Below are positions 1-8,173 of a stretch of 25,022 bases of DNA, piece by piece; positions within the stretch are counted from its first letter, which is position 1, and each line of letters starts with the position of its first letter. The position numbers were made by a program, and so were the translations under genes. Origin of the DNA: an uncultured Gammaproteobacteria bacterium (GTDB taxonomy: Bacteria > Patescibacteriota > Microgenomatia > Daviesbacterales > UBA10151); NCBI GenBank assembly GCA_964360965.1, contig CAYHYM010000007.1, positions 1-25,022 on the forward strand, read 5' to 3'. The notes under the pieces were generated by a model. It saw only the letters and a list, made by a program, of their open reading frames with translations. It was not told the DNA's origin and searched no databases.

Positions 1-223
1 AATTTTCTAAAGAAGGAGTAAAGTATCCCTGATGATTTGTCAGGGCTTTGGTAAGTTCTTCATACAGATTTGTTCGACGTTCGTTACTTAATTTCACATC
101 TGATGTTGTACTAAATACCTCCTGGAAACAGAAAATATCCGTAGTTTGAGAATTTTTCTTGATAAAATTCATTAGAGGTTGATAGATTTTCCCGCCCCAG
201 GTGTTTAAAGAGATTAGTTTCAT
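1..223 (-). CDS. Endonuclease/exonuclease/phosphatase (EEP) family protein, N-terminal part; the gene runs off the left edge
   Basis: Hand translation from the minus-strand ATG at 223 gives MKLISLNTWGGKIYQPLMNFIKKNSQTTDIFCFQEVFSTTSDVKLSNERRTNLYEELTKALTNHQGYFTPSLEN..., open to the window edge. LNTWGG and DIxCxQEV resemble the first two conserved strands of EEP-fold enzymes. It is not in the ORF track because it is truncated. No SD is visible, and the start lies 7 nt after the tRNA 3' end. Confidence 0.55.
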   Translation of the reverse strand, partial: MKLISLNTWGGKIYQPLMNFIKKNSQTTDIFCFQEVFSTTSDVKLSNERRTNLYEELTKALTNHQGYFTPSLEN

Positions 224-230
224 AAATCTG

Positions 231-301
231 TCGGGGAGGGGAGAATCGAACTCCCGATGCCGCACCCCCAGCGCGGCGTGTTACCACTATACTACTCCCC
301 G
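231..301 (-). tRNA. tRNA-Pro, anticodon GGG, with no encoded CCA
   Basis: Minus strand reads CGGGGAG TA GTAT AGTGGTA ACAC G CCGCG CTGGGGG TGCGG CATC GGGAG TTCGATT CTCCC CTCCCCG A. The acceptor stem has 7 bp with C1-G72 and discriminator A73. The anticodon loop is CU-GGG-GG with G37, and the T-loop is TTCGATT. The D-stem has one A-C mismatch. The next bases are CAG, so CCA is not encoded. Confidence 0.85.
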
Positions 302-509
302 GGAGTTAAAATTTTACTTTATAACCTTATTTACTGCCAGGTTTCTTCTTTTATCTCTTATCTTGCGAGGCTCCTTGTGTAAACCTGCCGGAGGTTTTGG
401 TCCCACAACCATCCTATGCTCATCTGCCTCTTGAACACGACGTCTATTCTTTTTAGTTATCAACTGTTCCACTTCTATTCTTACCTAGTAATATTGTATC
501 ATTTATCAT

Positions 510-989
510 ATGCTGAATAAATTTTGGAGTTGGTATGAGAGCCATCTTACTTTTCACACGACCCTTGCTGCTAGTCTTTTTGCCTTACAACTTATCCACC
601 TGTACTGGCTAACAACTCACGTTGTAACATTTAGACTATTTGGTCTTAATCTATTTTCTCCTCCCCCTTTTTGGGAACTGATGATTATTTTGGTAGATTA
701 TACGGAAATCCCAGCTCTTATTACTGTTTCTTTGGTTTATATTAATAACCAGCGGAAAAAACGCAGCTTTAAAAATTTATTATATCTTAGCTTTTTAAAT
801 ATTCAGTTTTTACATATCTTTTGGATTACAGATGAATTTGTGATTGACACTTTTACCAGAACCACTAGTGCAACCGTTTTCCCCAGTTGGCTGGCCTGGA
901 TAGCCATTTTTATAGATTATCTGGAACTGCCGGTAATTTTTGAAACAGTTAAAAAAACCATTTCTGATATTTCGAAGAAATTAAAATAA
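510..989 (+). CDS. Small integral membrane protein with an internal 2 x 2-TM duplication; function unknown
   Basis: 159-aa ORF with about four hydrophobic segments. The two halves align: LQLIHLYWLTTHVV vs IQFLHIFWITDEFV, and LMIILVDYTEIPALI vs WIAIFIDYLELPVIF, with equal spacing (34 vs 35 residues from H to DY). It is one of only two plus-strand genes I accept. Its stop, TAA at 987-989, directly abuts the rpsI stop at 990-992. Confidence 0.6.
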   Translation: MLNKFWSWYESHLTFHTTLAASLFALQLIHLYWLTTHVVTFRLFGLNLFSPPPFWELMIILVDYTEIPALITVSLVYINNQRKKRSFKNLLYLSFLNIQFLHIFWITDEFVIDTFTRTTSATVFPSWLAWIAIFIDYLELPVIFETVKKTISDISKKLK

Positions 990-1376
990 TTATCTTTTGG
1001 GAGATTGTTTTCTTTTTCTGGCTTTTTGGGCATGGCCATATTTTCTTCTCTCTTTAACTCTGGCATCTCGAGTTAGCAGTCCTGCCTTTTTAAGTTGGGG
1101 TCTATATTTTTTTTCATCAATCTTTGCCAGAGCCCGGGAAAATCCATGTACTACTGCCTGAAGTTGTGAGGAAAATCCTCCTCCCAAAACTTTAACCGAA
1201 GCGCTAAATTTTTTTACACCATCTATTACCTCAAATGGTTTTAGGTATTTTCTTTCAGCTACAACTCCAGGAAAATACTGCTCAATTGCTTTCCCATTAA
1301 CTGTTATCTGACCTGGTTTATCAGCCAGTCTAACTCTGGCAACAGCTTCTTTGCGACGACCTAAAGAACTAATCAT
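990..1376 (-). CDS. rpsI: 30S ribosomal protein uS9
   Basis: 128 aa. [12 protein letters not shown] near the N-terminus and the C-terminal [11 protein letters not shown] are typical of uS9. It follows rplM with an 8-nt overlap. Confidence 0.95.
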   Translation of the reverse strand: MISSLGRRKEAVARVRLADKPGQITVNGKAIEQYFPGVVAERKYLKPFEVIDGVKKFSASVKVLGGGFSSQLQAVVHGFSRALAKIDEKKYRPQLKKAGLLTRDARVKERRKYGHAQKARKRKQSPKR

Positions 1377-1764
1377 TTATTTCCCCTCTATAAACTTTTA
1401 ATTTTTTAAACATTTTTCTGCCCAATTTATTTTTAGGGAGCATCCCAAAAACTGCATGCTCTATTATTTTTTCCGGTCTTCTGACTGCCAATTTTTCATA
1501 AGTTTCAGTTTTTAATCCTCCAGGATATCCGCTGTGGCTGAAATATTTTTTTTGGAAAGATTTTTTACCTGTAATTCTAACTTTTTGGGCATTGGACACC
1601 ACCACAAAATCACCGGTATCCAAATAGGGAACAAACATCGGCTTGACTTTCCCCATCAATAATTTTGCCACCTCTGTTGCCAACCTCCCCAATATTTTGC
1701 CGCTGGCATCAATAAGTTGTTTTTCTCTTTTGATATCCTTAATTGATAAAATATTTGTGCTCAT
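1369..1764 (-). CDS. rplM: 50S ribosomal protein uL13
   Basis: 131 aa. [22 protein letters not shown] and HSGYPGGLK are uL13-like. It forms the conserved rplM-rpsI pair. Confidence 0.95.
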   Translation of the reverse strand: MSTNILSIKDIKREKQLIDASGKILGRLATEVAKLLMGKVKPMFVPYLDTGDFVVVSNAQKVRITGKKSFQKKYFSHSGYPGGLKTETYEKLAVRRPEKIIEHAVFGMLPKNKLGRKMFKKLKVYRGEIND

Positions 1765-2150
1765 TTTTGTGTATTTTTTTCTTTTTTATCTTTATTATGG
1801 TTTTCTAACAGTAAGCTCATTCTAACCATGGAAGCACCATCTCCTAATCTTTTACCAATTCTCACTAAAGAAGTATATCCGGAGTTTCTTTTACCAAGAC
1901 GCGGAACTAAATCTTTAAATAATTTTTCAGTAATATTTTTATTTATTAAAAATTGGCTAACCAATCTTTTGGTGGATGGATTTTTTGCCTGATTGATTAT
2001 TTTATCTATCAACCCTTTAACAGATTTTGCTTTGCCCTCCGTAGTATCAATTGTTTCAGATATTAAAAGAGAGCTAATTAAACTTTTAAAAAGTGCTTTT
2101 CTTTGATTTTTATCTCTACCCAATCCTCTGCCATAAACTCTATGTCTCAC
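1761..2150 (-). CDS. rplQ: 50S ribosomal protein bL17
   Basis: 129 aa. [24 protein letters not shown] and [16 protein letters not shown] match bL17. It sits downstream of rpoA as expected. Confidence 0.95.
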   Translation of the reverse strand: MRHRVYGRGLGRDKNQRKALFKSLISSLLISETIDTTEGKAKSVKGLIDKIINQAKNPSTKRLVSQFLINKNITEKLFKDLVPRLGKRNSGYTSLVRIGKRLGDGASMVRMSLLLENHNKDKKEKNTQK

Positions 2151-3042
2151 GCAATCTCAGCCCCCTCTCCAAAAGCTTCTCTGAAATCAAAGATAAAGAT
2201 TTTTGCCCTAAATTTTTAGCTTTTAAAAGCTGTACTCTTGAGGCATTTATCAAATCTTCCAGGGTATTTATATCAACAGCTTTTAAAGCATTTGTCACAC
2301 GCACAGGTAAATCCAACTCATCAACTGTCAGTTGTAAAACTTCCTCAGAAATAACATTTTTTTTAGGTTCCTCCTCTGCAAAAGGTATAGGTTCATAAAT
2401 CTGTTTAAAATTATCCGATAAGGCTTTAGCTGCCTCATCAAGCGCCTCCTTGGGTTTAATAGTTCCATCAGTAGTAATCTCCAGAGTTAAACTGTCAAAA
2501 TCTCCTCTTCTTCCCACTCTTGTTGGCTGGACACTATAATTTGCAGCAACAACCGGAGAAAATAGTGCATCAATTGGGATCATTCCAATTTCTCCGCTTT
2601 TTCTTTCTTCAGCTGTCGAATATCCCCTACCTTGCTCTGCCACCATATCTATCTTAAGCTTTGAGTCGTTTTTAGTTAATGTGGCAATATGTTGCTCCAA
2701 TGTAACAATCTCACCGTTTCCTTCAATCTCAATATCTTTGGCTTTAATTTCTTTTTTCCCGGAAACTTTTATATAAAGTTTAATCGGATCTGAAAACACT
2801 TTTACCCTGACTTTTTTAAGGTTTAAAATTATCTCAATCACATCCTCCAGCACTCCGTCTATTGCAGAAAACTGGTGAGACACTCCTTCAATTTTAATCA
2901 ATGAAATTGCGCTTCCTTGAAGAGAAGTCAAAAGAGTTCGTCTTAAAGAATTACCCAAGGTGTGGCCAAAACCTCCTTCAAGCGGCTCCAGCACAAACTT
3001 GGCAAAGTTATCTTTTTCTTGTTCTATTATAATTTTAAACAT
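2140..3042 (-). CDS. rpoA: DNA-directed RNA polymerase alpha subunit
   Basis: 300 aa. LEPLEGGFGHTLGNSLRRTLLTSLQG matches the alpha N-terminal domain. The C-terminal domain has a helix-hairpin-helix-like LDLPVRVTNALKAVDINTLEDL. Gene order is rpsD-rpoA-rplQ. Confidence 0.95.
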   Translation of the reverse strand: MFKIIIEQEKDNFAKFVLEPLEGGFGHTLGNSLRRTLLTSLQGSAISLIKIEGVSHQFSAIDGVLEDVIEIILNLKKVRVKVFSDPIKLYIKVSGKKEIKAKDIEIEGNGEIVTLEQHIATLTKNDSKLKIDMVAEQGRGYSTAEERKSGEIGMIPIDALFSPVVAANYSVQPTRVGRRGDFDSLTLEITTDGTIKPKEALDEAAKALSDNFKQIYEPIPFAEEEPKKNVISEEVLQLTVDELDLPVRVTNALKAVDINTLEDLINASRVQLLKAKNLGQKSLSLISEKLLERGLRLRET

Positions 3043-3056
3043 AAGATTTAAAAATT

Positions 3057-3659
3057 TTAACGGGAATAATATTCCACAATTAAATGTTCATTAATCGATT
3101 TTTCCATTTCCTCTCTGCTTGGCAATCTTAAAACCTTGCCCAAAGTAGCTTTTCTCTCAAGCCATGGTGGAATACTATCCATCCCTTGTAAACTTTTTTT
3201 TACCTGGGTATTATCCACTAATTTTTGAGAAATTTCAACAACTTGATCAACTTTAACCTTAAATGAAGGAATAGTTGTCTTTTTTCCATCAACAAGAATA
3301 TGACCATGTGACACAAGTTGCCTTGCCCCAGCTCTGCTTGAGGCAAATCCTAATCTATAAACTATATTATCAATCCTGCTCTCTAAAAATTCAAGCAGGA
3401 TTAAACCGCTATTCCCCCTTGATCTGCTTGCTGTCTCAAAATATCTCCTAAATTGTTTCTCTAAAAGACCATACATTCTTTTGGCTTTTTGTTTTTCTCT
3501 AAGCTGAAGTCCATACTCGGAAAATCTTCTTCTTGACCTACCCATATGTTGTCTGGTCGGAACTGCTCCTTTTCGTTCTAGCGCTTTAATATCTTTAGTA
3601 AAAAGGGCCACTCCTTCTCTTCTGGATAATTTTCTTTTAGGGCCCGTGTATCTGGCCAT
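3057..3659 (-). CDS. rpsD: 30S ribosomal protein uS4
   Basis: 200 aa. MARYTGPKRKLSRREG N-terminus plus an S4 RNA-binding domain (RIDNIVYRLGFASSRAGARQLVSHGHILVDG). It has a TAATG one-nt overlap with the rpsK stop. Confidence 0.96.
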   Translation of the reverse strand: MARYTGPKRKLSRREGVALFTKDIKALERKGAVPTRQHMGRSRRRFSEYGLQLREKQKAKRMYGLLEKQFRRYFETASRSRGNSGLILLEFLESRIDNIVYRLGFASSRAGARQLVSHGHILVDGKKTTIPSFKVKVDQVVEISQKLVDNTQVKKSLQGMDSIPPWLERKATLGKVLRLPSREEMEKSINEHLIVEYYSR

Positions 3660-4054
3660 TACACTCTTCTCCTTTTCTTCTGTCTGGGACCATTGTGAGG
3701 CATTGGCGTAACATCGGCAATCATGATGATATTTACTCCAGCGCCTCTTAAAGCTTTAATGGCTCCATCTCTACCAGGGCCGGGACCTTTTATATATACT
3801 TCACAACTTGATAAACCCATACTCTTTGCTTTTTGGGCAATACCATCAACTGCAGTGATGGCAGCATAGGGAGTAGCCTTTCTCGCTCCTTTAAAACCTA
3901 CACCTCCTGCTGACCCCCAAGCAAGCGTATTACCATTTGTATCAGTCAGTGTTACCACAGTATTATTAAAGGTGGCAGTAACATAAACCCTACCATGACT
4001 TATCGGCTGTTTTGTTATAGTTTTTTTTAAAGCTTGCTTTTTTACTTTGGCCAT
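3659..4054 (-). CDS. rpsK: 30S ribosomal protein uS11
   Basis: Start taken at MAKVKKQ (ATG at 4054), one nt after the rpsM stop. GRVYVTATFNNTVVTLTD and KGPGPGRDGAIKAL are uS11 motifs. The longer ORF-track N-extension overlaps rpsM and was rejected. Confidence 0.93.
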   Translation of the reverse strand: MAKVKKQALKKTITKQPISHGRVYVTATFNNTVVTLTDTNGNTLAWGSAGGVGFKGARKATPYAAITAVDGIAQKAKSMGLSSCEVYIKGPGPGRDGAIKALRGAGVNIIMIADVTPMPHNGPRQKKRRRV

Positions 4055-4055
4055 A

Positions 4056-4460
4056 TTATTTTTTATTAGATGTCTGCCCGGTTCTGACTGTTGTTTCTTT
4101 GCGTATAGCTCCCACTGTTTTTCTTTTTCCTCTTCTTGTCCTGGCATTGGACCTAGTCCGCTGCCCTCTCACCGGCAAACCCCTGCGATGCCTTAATCCC
4201 CGATAACTGCCAATTTCCTCCAGCCTTTTAATATTTTGCTCCACCTCTATTTTTAAATCTCCTTCTGTTTTAAATTTATCTACAGCTTTTTGTAATTTAT
4301 TCACTTCTTCTTCTGTTAAATCTTTAACTTTCTTTGTTCCATCAACTCCGGCATCTTTAATAACCAAAAGGTTATTAGACCTGCCTATACCAAAAATATA
4401 GGCTAAGCCAATATCCAATCTTTTATTTTCCGGCAAATCAACTCCTGCAATTCTAGCCAT
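4056..4460 (-). CDS. rpsM: 30S ribosomal protein uS13
   Basis: Start taken at [14 protein letters not shown] (ATG at 4460). [25 protein letters not shown] is typical uS13. The upstream ORF extension runs into rpmJ. Confidence 0.94.
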   Translation of the reverse strand: MARIAGVDLPENKRLDIGLAYIFGIGRSNNLLVIKDAGVDGTKKVKDLTEEEVNKLQKAVDKFKTEGDLKIEVEQNIKRLEEIGSYRGLRHRRGLPVRGQRTRSNARTRRGKRKTVGAIRKETTVRTGQTSNKK

Positions 4461-4470
4461 AATTTTTAAT

Positions 4471-4587
4471 TTATCCTTGTCTTTGTTTGTGTCTTGGGTC
4501 ACGAGGGCAGATCACATATAAAATGCCCTCTCTTTTAACCACCTTACAAAATTTACATCTTACTTTAATACTGGCTTGTACTTTCAT
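4471..4587 (-). CDS. rpmJ: 50S ribosomal protein bL36
   Basis: Hand-translated 38 aa: [38 protein letters not shown]. It has the CxxC...CxxxxH zinc pattern and the conserved position between infA and rpsM. It is too short for the ORF track. Confidence 0.93.
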   Translation of the reverse strand: MKVQASIKVRCKFCKVVKREGILYVICPRDPRHKQRQG

Positions 4588-4590
4588 GGT

Positions 4591-4614
4591 TAGTAAGTAG
4601 TTCGCTACTAACTA
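4591..4614 (-). promoter_or_regulatory. Hairpin filling the infA-rpmJ spacer
   Basis: Plus strand ttagtaagtag ttcg ctactaacta forms 9 bp with one internal A-A mismatch around a 4-nt loop. It occupies nearly all of the 30-nt spacer and ends 3 nt from the rpmJ ATG. No SD is visible for rpmJ. Confidence 0.4.
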
Positions 4615-4617
4615 CGA

Positions 4618-4860
4618 CTATTTAAGTCTAAATGTTATCCTTCCTTTATCCAAATCATACTTGGGGCTCATCTCTATTTTTACCCTATCTCCCACCATCA
4701 GCCTGATATAATGCATCCTCATCTTACCAGAAATATGACACAAAATAATCCTTCCCAAAAGTTCTGCAATATCAGGACTATTATCTACTCTCACCCTAAA
4801 TAGGGTATTGGGTAAAACTTCTGTGACAGTACCTTCAATTTCTATAACATCACTATTCAT
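4618..4860 (-). CDS. infA: Translation initiation factor IF-1
   Basis: 80 aa. [19 protein letters not shown] ... [36 protein letters not shown]-like S1/OB motif. It carries about 8 extra residues (SPDIAELL) relative to E. coli IF-1. Confidence 0.95.
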   Translation of the reverse strand: MNSDVIEIEGTVTEVLPNTLFRVRVDNSPDIAELLGRIILCHISGKMRMHYIRLMVGDRVKIEMSPKYDLDKGRITFRLK

Positions 4861-4886
4861 AAATTAAATTTGTTTAAAACTTTCAA

Positions 4887-4915
4887 ATTGTAGCAAATTA
4901 AATCCAATTAGTCAA
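4887..4915 (-). promoter_or_regulatory. Sigma70-type promoter upstream of infA
   Basis: Minus strand reads TTGACT (4915-4910), a 17-nt spacer, then TGC-TACAAT (-10 at 4892-4887, with an extended TG). The -35 abuts the map stop codon, and the -10 lies about 27 nt upstream of the infA ATG. Confidence 0.5.
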
Positions 4916-5692
4916 CTATGGGATATACCTCAGAGCTGTCAAAATTTCCGCCTTTAACTTACCTATTGCCACGGTCATTTCAAAAAGAGCTGACAGTGAA
5001 CCATCAGCTGTAGATATAGTCCAACCATCACTTTCCAAAATTACATCAGCTGAACCCTGAGCATAAATTACTTCTATTGCCAAAGTCATTCCTGATTGCA
5101 GTATTAAACCTGTATTTTTCTTGCCACACCCCGGTACCTGAGGATCTTCATGCAACTTTAGCCCTATTCCATGACCGACTAAACTTCTAACAATACTATA
5201 ACCTGCTTCTTCAACTTTCTTTTGAATGGCAAAGGAAATGTCACCTACCCTATTACCCTCAGTTGCCTGATCTATTCCTTCCCGTAAAGCTTCCTCCCCA
5301 ATTTTAATAAATTTCTCCTTTTCCTGCTGTACCCTGCCCTCTACCCCCTGCCCCCTCACTAATACTGTCCAGGAAGCATCTGTATGCCAACCTTTATATA
5401 CTGCTCCCAAATCCACACTTACCACATCTCCTTCTTCTATTTTTCTTTCAGTTGGTATTCCATGAACTACCTGTTCATTAACTGTGATACAGGTGGTGAA
5501 AAGATACCCGGGCACTGTCTTGAAAGAAGATTCACCTCCTAATTTTTTAATTTCTTCCTCAGAAATTTGATTAAGGTCTAAACTGCTTATGCCAACTTTT
5601 ACATTCTCCAGCACTTTTTTTAAAACTAAAGCGGTAATCCTGCCGCTTTCTCTCATTAATCTTAATTCCTTTCGGGTACGCGGCTTAACCAT
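4916..5692 (-). CDS. map: Methionine aminopeptidase, type I
   Basis: 258 aa. It has the pita-bread fold pattern (VVSVDLGAVYKGWHTD, GHGIGLKLHEDP, LAIEV) and the conserved adk-map-infA position. Confidence 0.93.
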   Translation of the reverse strand: MVKPRTRKELRLMRESGRITALVLKKVLENVKVGISSLDLNQISEEEIKKLGGESSFKTVPGYLFTTCITVNEQVVHGIPTERKIEEGDVVSVDLGAVYKGWHTDASWTVLVRGQGVEGRVQQEKEKFIKIGEEALREGIDQATEGNRVGDISFAIQKKVEEAGYSIVRSLVGHGIGLKLHEDPQVPGCGKKNTGLILQSGMTLAIEVIYAQGSADVILESDGWTISTADGSLSALFEMTVAIGKLKAEILTALRYIP

Positions 5693-6236
5693 TCTTGATA
5701 TATCCTCTAATCTCTTCCTGGATCTTTTCTATTGTAGCCACACCATCAATTCTGCATAAAATCCCCTGATCTTGATAAAAATTAAGCACTGGCTCAGTCA
5801 GTCGGTGATAGATTTTAAGTCTTTCTTGAATCAAATCCTGGGTGTCATCTTCTCTCCCTCTTTTTACCAACCTCCCCACCACCACATCATCTGGCACATC
5901 TAAATAAAATACCTTATTATACTGGGGATCAAAATATTTAAGTTGATCCAAAGACCTTGGATATCCATCCATGACAAATCCCAAACTGCAGTCCGTTTGA
6001 TCTAATCTATCCTTAACATACTTTGCGATGACATCATCAGGAGTAAATTTCCCTTGAGCAAGCAATTGTTTTACCCTTTTACCTTCCTTACTGTCTTGCT
6101 CAGCCAACTCTCTGCTAATATCTCCGGTACTGACATAAGGTATTTCCAAAACTTTAGCCAGTAATTTCCCCTGAGTGCTTTTACCAGAACCCTGGGGCCC
6201 TCCGATTAATATTCTGTTCTCGTTTCCTTCAATCAT
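5685..6236 (-). CDS. adk: Adenylate kinase, short-LID type
   Basis: 183 aa. P-loop GGPQGSGKSTQ, NMP-binding STGDISR, DGYPRS. The LID region is only GRLVKRGREDDTQDL, with no roughly 27-aa insertion or Cys motif. It sits in the secY-adk-map position. Confidence 0.88.
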   Translation of the reverse strand: MIEGNENRILIGGPQGSGKSTQGKLLAKVLEIPYVSTGDISRELAEQDSKEGKRVKQLLAQGKFTPDDVIAKYVKDRLDQTDCSLGFVMDGYPRSLDQLKYFDPQYNKVFYLDVPDDVVVGRLVKRGREDDTQDLIQERLKIYHRLTEPVLNFYQDQGILCRIDGVATIEKIQEEIRGYIKNG

Positions 6237-6238
6237 CT

Positions 6239-7528
6239 TTATCTCCTTAAAAATACATTATAGTTTCTCTCAATCAATTTGCTCTCAAACTGTTTAGCCG
6301 TATCCATAATTACCGAAACAACTATCAGAAGCCCTGTCCCCCCTAAAATAAGGGTGGTTATTCCTGTTAGTTGCGAGGCAATTGACGGCAGGATGGCAAT
6401 TGTCCCTAAAAATAGGGCGCCAAAAAAGGTAATCCTCACTAAAATATAATTTAAAAAAGCGGCAGTGGCACCACCCGGTCTGATACCTGGAATAAAAGCG
6501 CCAACTTTTTTGATCTCGTCGGCAATTTTTTGGGGATTAAAAATAACCGCTGTATAAAAATAAGTAAAACCAACCACCAGTAAAAAATATGTAACATTAT
6601 AGAAAATGCCCTCTGGTTGAAAATGTATAGTCAACCATCTGCCCAAAAATGACAACTGAGGTTGAGAAACCCCGGCCAGAAATTGGCTGGCAAAAGACGG
6701 TAAAAGTACCAAAGATATGGCAAAGATGATAGGAATCACTCCGGCCTGGTTTACTCTTAAGGGCAGATAGGTTGTTGTCCCTCCTGTTTGTCTGCCTCCC
6801 AAATATCTTCTGGCATACTCAACAGTAATTTGCCGTCTGGCCTCATTCACAAACACCACACCCCCTATCACCAAAACAGCTAACCCTAAAAAAATCAGTA
6901 TGTTAAAAAGTTGCCCGACATCAAAAATACTGATGGTCTGTGTTAAAACAACAGGTAGCCGCGCCACAATCCCTGCAAATATCAGGATAGATATACCCTG
7001 GCCAATACCATATTCTGTAATAAGTTCCCCAAGCCACATTAAAAATATTGTCCCTGCGCTCATCCCCACTATAATTGCAACAATTTGGATAGGAGTTATA
7101 TTTAGAATAATTCCTTGATTTTTAAGCAGTACAAACATACCAACTGCTTGTAGAAGTGCAAGCGGCATAGTCAAATATCTTGTATACTGATTGATTATTT
7201 GCCTCCCCATTTCCCCTTCTTTTGATAAAACTTCCAACTTATGACTAATCATTGTTAAAAGCTGCATAATAATGGAGGCATTAATATAGGGATTAAGTCC
7301 CAGCGATATCAGAGAAAAATTGGCCAGCGTTCCTCCTGAAAAAATATCCAGCAATCCCAAAAGTTGATTGCTGGCAAAAAGATTTTGAAGTGCCACAAGA
7401 TCTACTCCCCCCACCGGAACATGAGCAACAATTCGAGAGATGACTATTAAAAAAAGGGTAAGCAAAATTTTTCGTCTTAGATCAACAATCTTAAAAGCAT
7501 TTATAATGGGTGAAAAAATATCCATCAT
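6239..7528 (-). CDS. secY: Preprotein translocase subunit SecY
   Basis: 429 aa with about 10 hydrophobic segments. The N-terminus [28 protein letters not shown] is typical of SecY. Its start has an ATGA overlap with the rplO stop. Confidence 0.96.
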   Translation of the reverse strand: MMDIFSPIINAFKIVDLRRKILLTLFLIVISRIVAHVPVGGVDLVALQNLFASNQLLGLLDIFSGGTLANFSLISLGLNPYINASIIMQLLTMISHKLEVLSKEGEMGRQIINQYTRYLTMPLALLQAVGMFVLLKNQGIILNITPIQIVAIIVGMSAGTIFLMWLGELITEYGIGQGISILIFAGIVARLPVVLTQTISIFDVGQLFNILIFLGLAVLVIGGVVFVNEARRQITVEYARRYLGGRQTGGTTTYLPLRVNQAGVIPIIFAISLVLLPSFASQFLAGVSQPQLSFLGRWLTIHFQPEGIFYNVTYFLLVVGFTYFYTAVIFNPQKIADEIKKVGAFIPGIRPGGATAAFLNYILVRITFFGALFLGTIAILPSIASQLTGITTLILGGTGLLIVVSVIMDTAKQFESKLIERNYNVFLRR

Positions 7529-7713
7529 AAACCTCGTCTTCTGGGCAACTTTTTATATAGCGCCATTGCGCCTGTAAAATTTAAGGGTATTTTTCCTCTT
7601 GCTTTCTGACCTTTTGTACCCCTGCCTGAGGTTTTTCCTCTACCAGAACCAACTCCTCTCCCCAATCTTCTTAAGCCTTTTGTTTTAATTTTTAATAACT
7701 GGCTCAAATTCAT
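7525..7713 (-). CDS. rplO: 50S ribosomal protein uL15, N-terminal extension only (62 aa)
   Basis: [62 protein letters not shown] matches the Gly/Arg/Lys-rich N-terminal third of uL15 up to the LPKRGF motif. A TGA stop then overlaps the secY ATG. No sequence remains for the roughly 80-aa globular domain. Confidence 0.85.
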   Translation of the reverse strand: MNLSQLLKIKTKGLRRLGRGVGSGRGKTSGRGTKGQKARGKIPLNFTGAMALYKKLPRRRGL

Positions 7714-7714
7714 G

Positions 7715-8173
7715 TTAATGCCTTACCCTTTCTTTGAGCAGTGTCAGAGCTTTTAAAGTGGCATAGACATTGGAGGCCTTATTCTTAGTCCCCAAAATCT
7801 TTGAAACAACATCTGTAATTCCTGCTGCTTCCACCACCACTCTAACTGCCCCACCCGCCACCACACCAATACCATTTCTTGCAGGTTTGAGTAAAACTTT
7901 GGCAGCTCCACTTTTTACTAAAATAGGATGAGGGATGGTGCCGTTTTTAATCAAAACCTTTATTAAATGCTTCTTGGCAAAAGTGGTAGCTTTTCTCACA
8001 GCTGATTGTACGTCTTGAGCTTTTCCCAATCCCACACCCACTTGCCCTTTTTTATCGCCAACCACTACCAGCACAGACAGAGATCTTTTGTTTCCTCCTT
8101 TTGTTTTCTTAGACACTCTGTTTACCTGCACCACTCTTTCAAAAAATTCAGGTTGAATATTTTCTGGATTCAT
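7715..8173 (-). CDS. rpsE: 30S ribosomal protein uS5
   Basis: 152 aa. [40 protein letters not shown] and [19 protein letters not shown] are uS5 motifs. rplO follows directly, with no rpmD in between. Confidence 0.95.
   Translation of the reverse strand: MNPENIQPEFFERVVQVNRVSKKTKGGNKRSLSVLVVVGDKKGQVGVGLGKAQDVQSAVRKATTFAKKHLIKVLIKNGTIPHPILVKSGAAKVLLKPARNGIGVVAGGAVRVVVEAAGITDVVSKILGTKNKASNVYATLKALTLLKERVRH

Noticed and set aside
358-423. 21-codon minus-strand ORF (MSIGWLWDQNLRQVYTRSLAR) in the spacer upstream of tRNA-Pro
   Set aside because: It has only a marginal AGAGG 3 nt from the ATG, and no hydrophobic or other recognisable character. Chance is the most likely explanation.
201-434. 77-aa plus-strand ORF from the track (GTG start)
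   Set aside because: It runs antisense through a well-folded tRNA-Pro and the start of the EEP gene. The product is Cys/Arg-rich and low-complexity and has no supporting signals.
7504-7527. UGA read-through or an alternative genetic code as a way to lengthen the short uL15
   Set aside because: Reading through the TGA gives WIFFHPL and then a TAA. Several other well-delimited genes (rpsJ, rplX, rplV, rplB) also end in TGA, and no conserved protein in the window needs an in-frame TGA.
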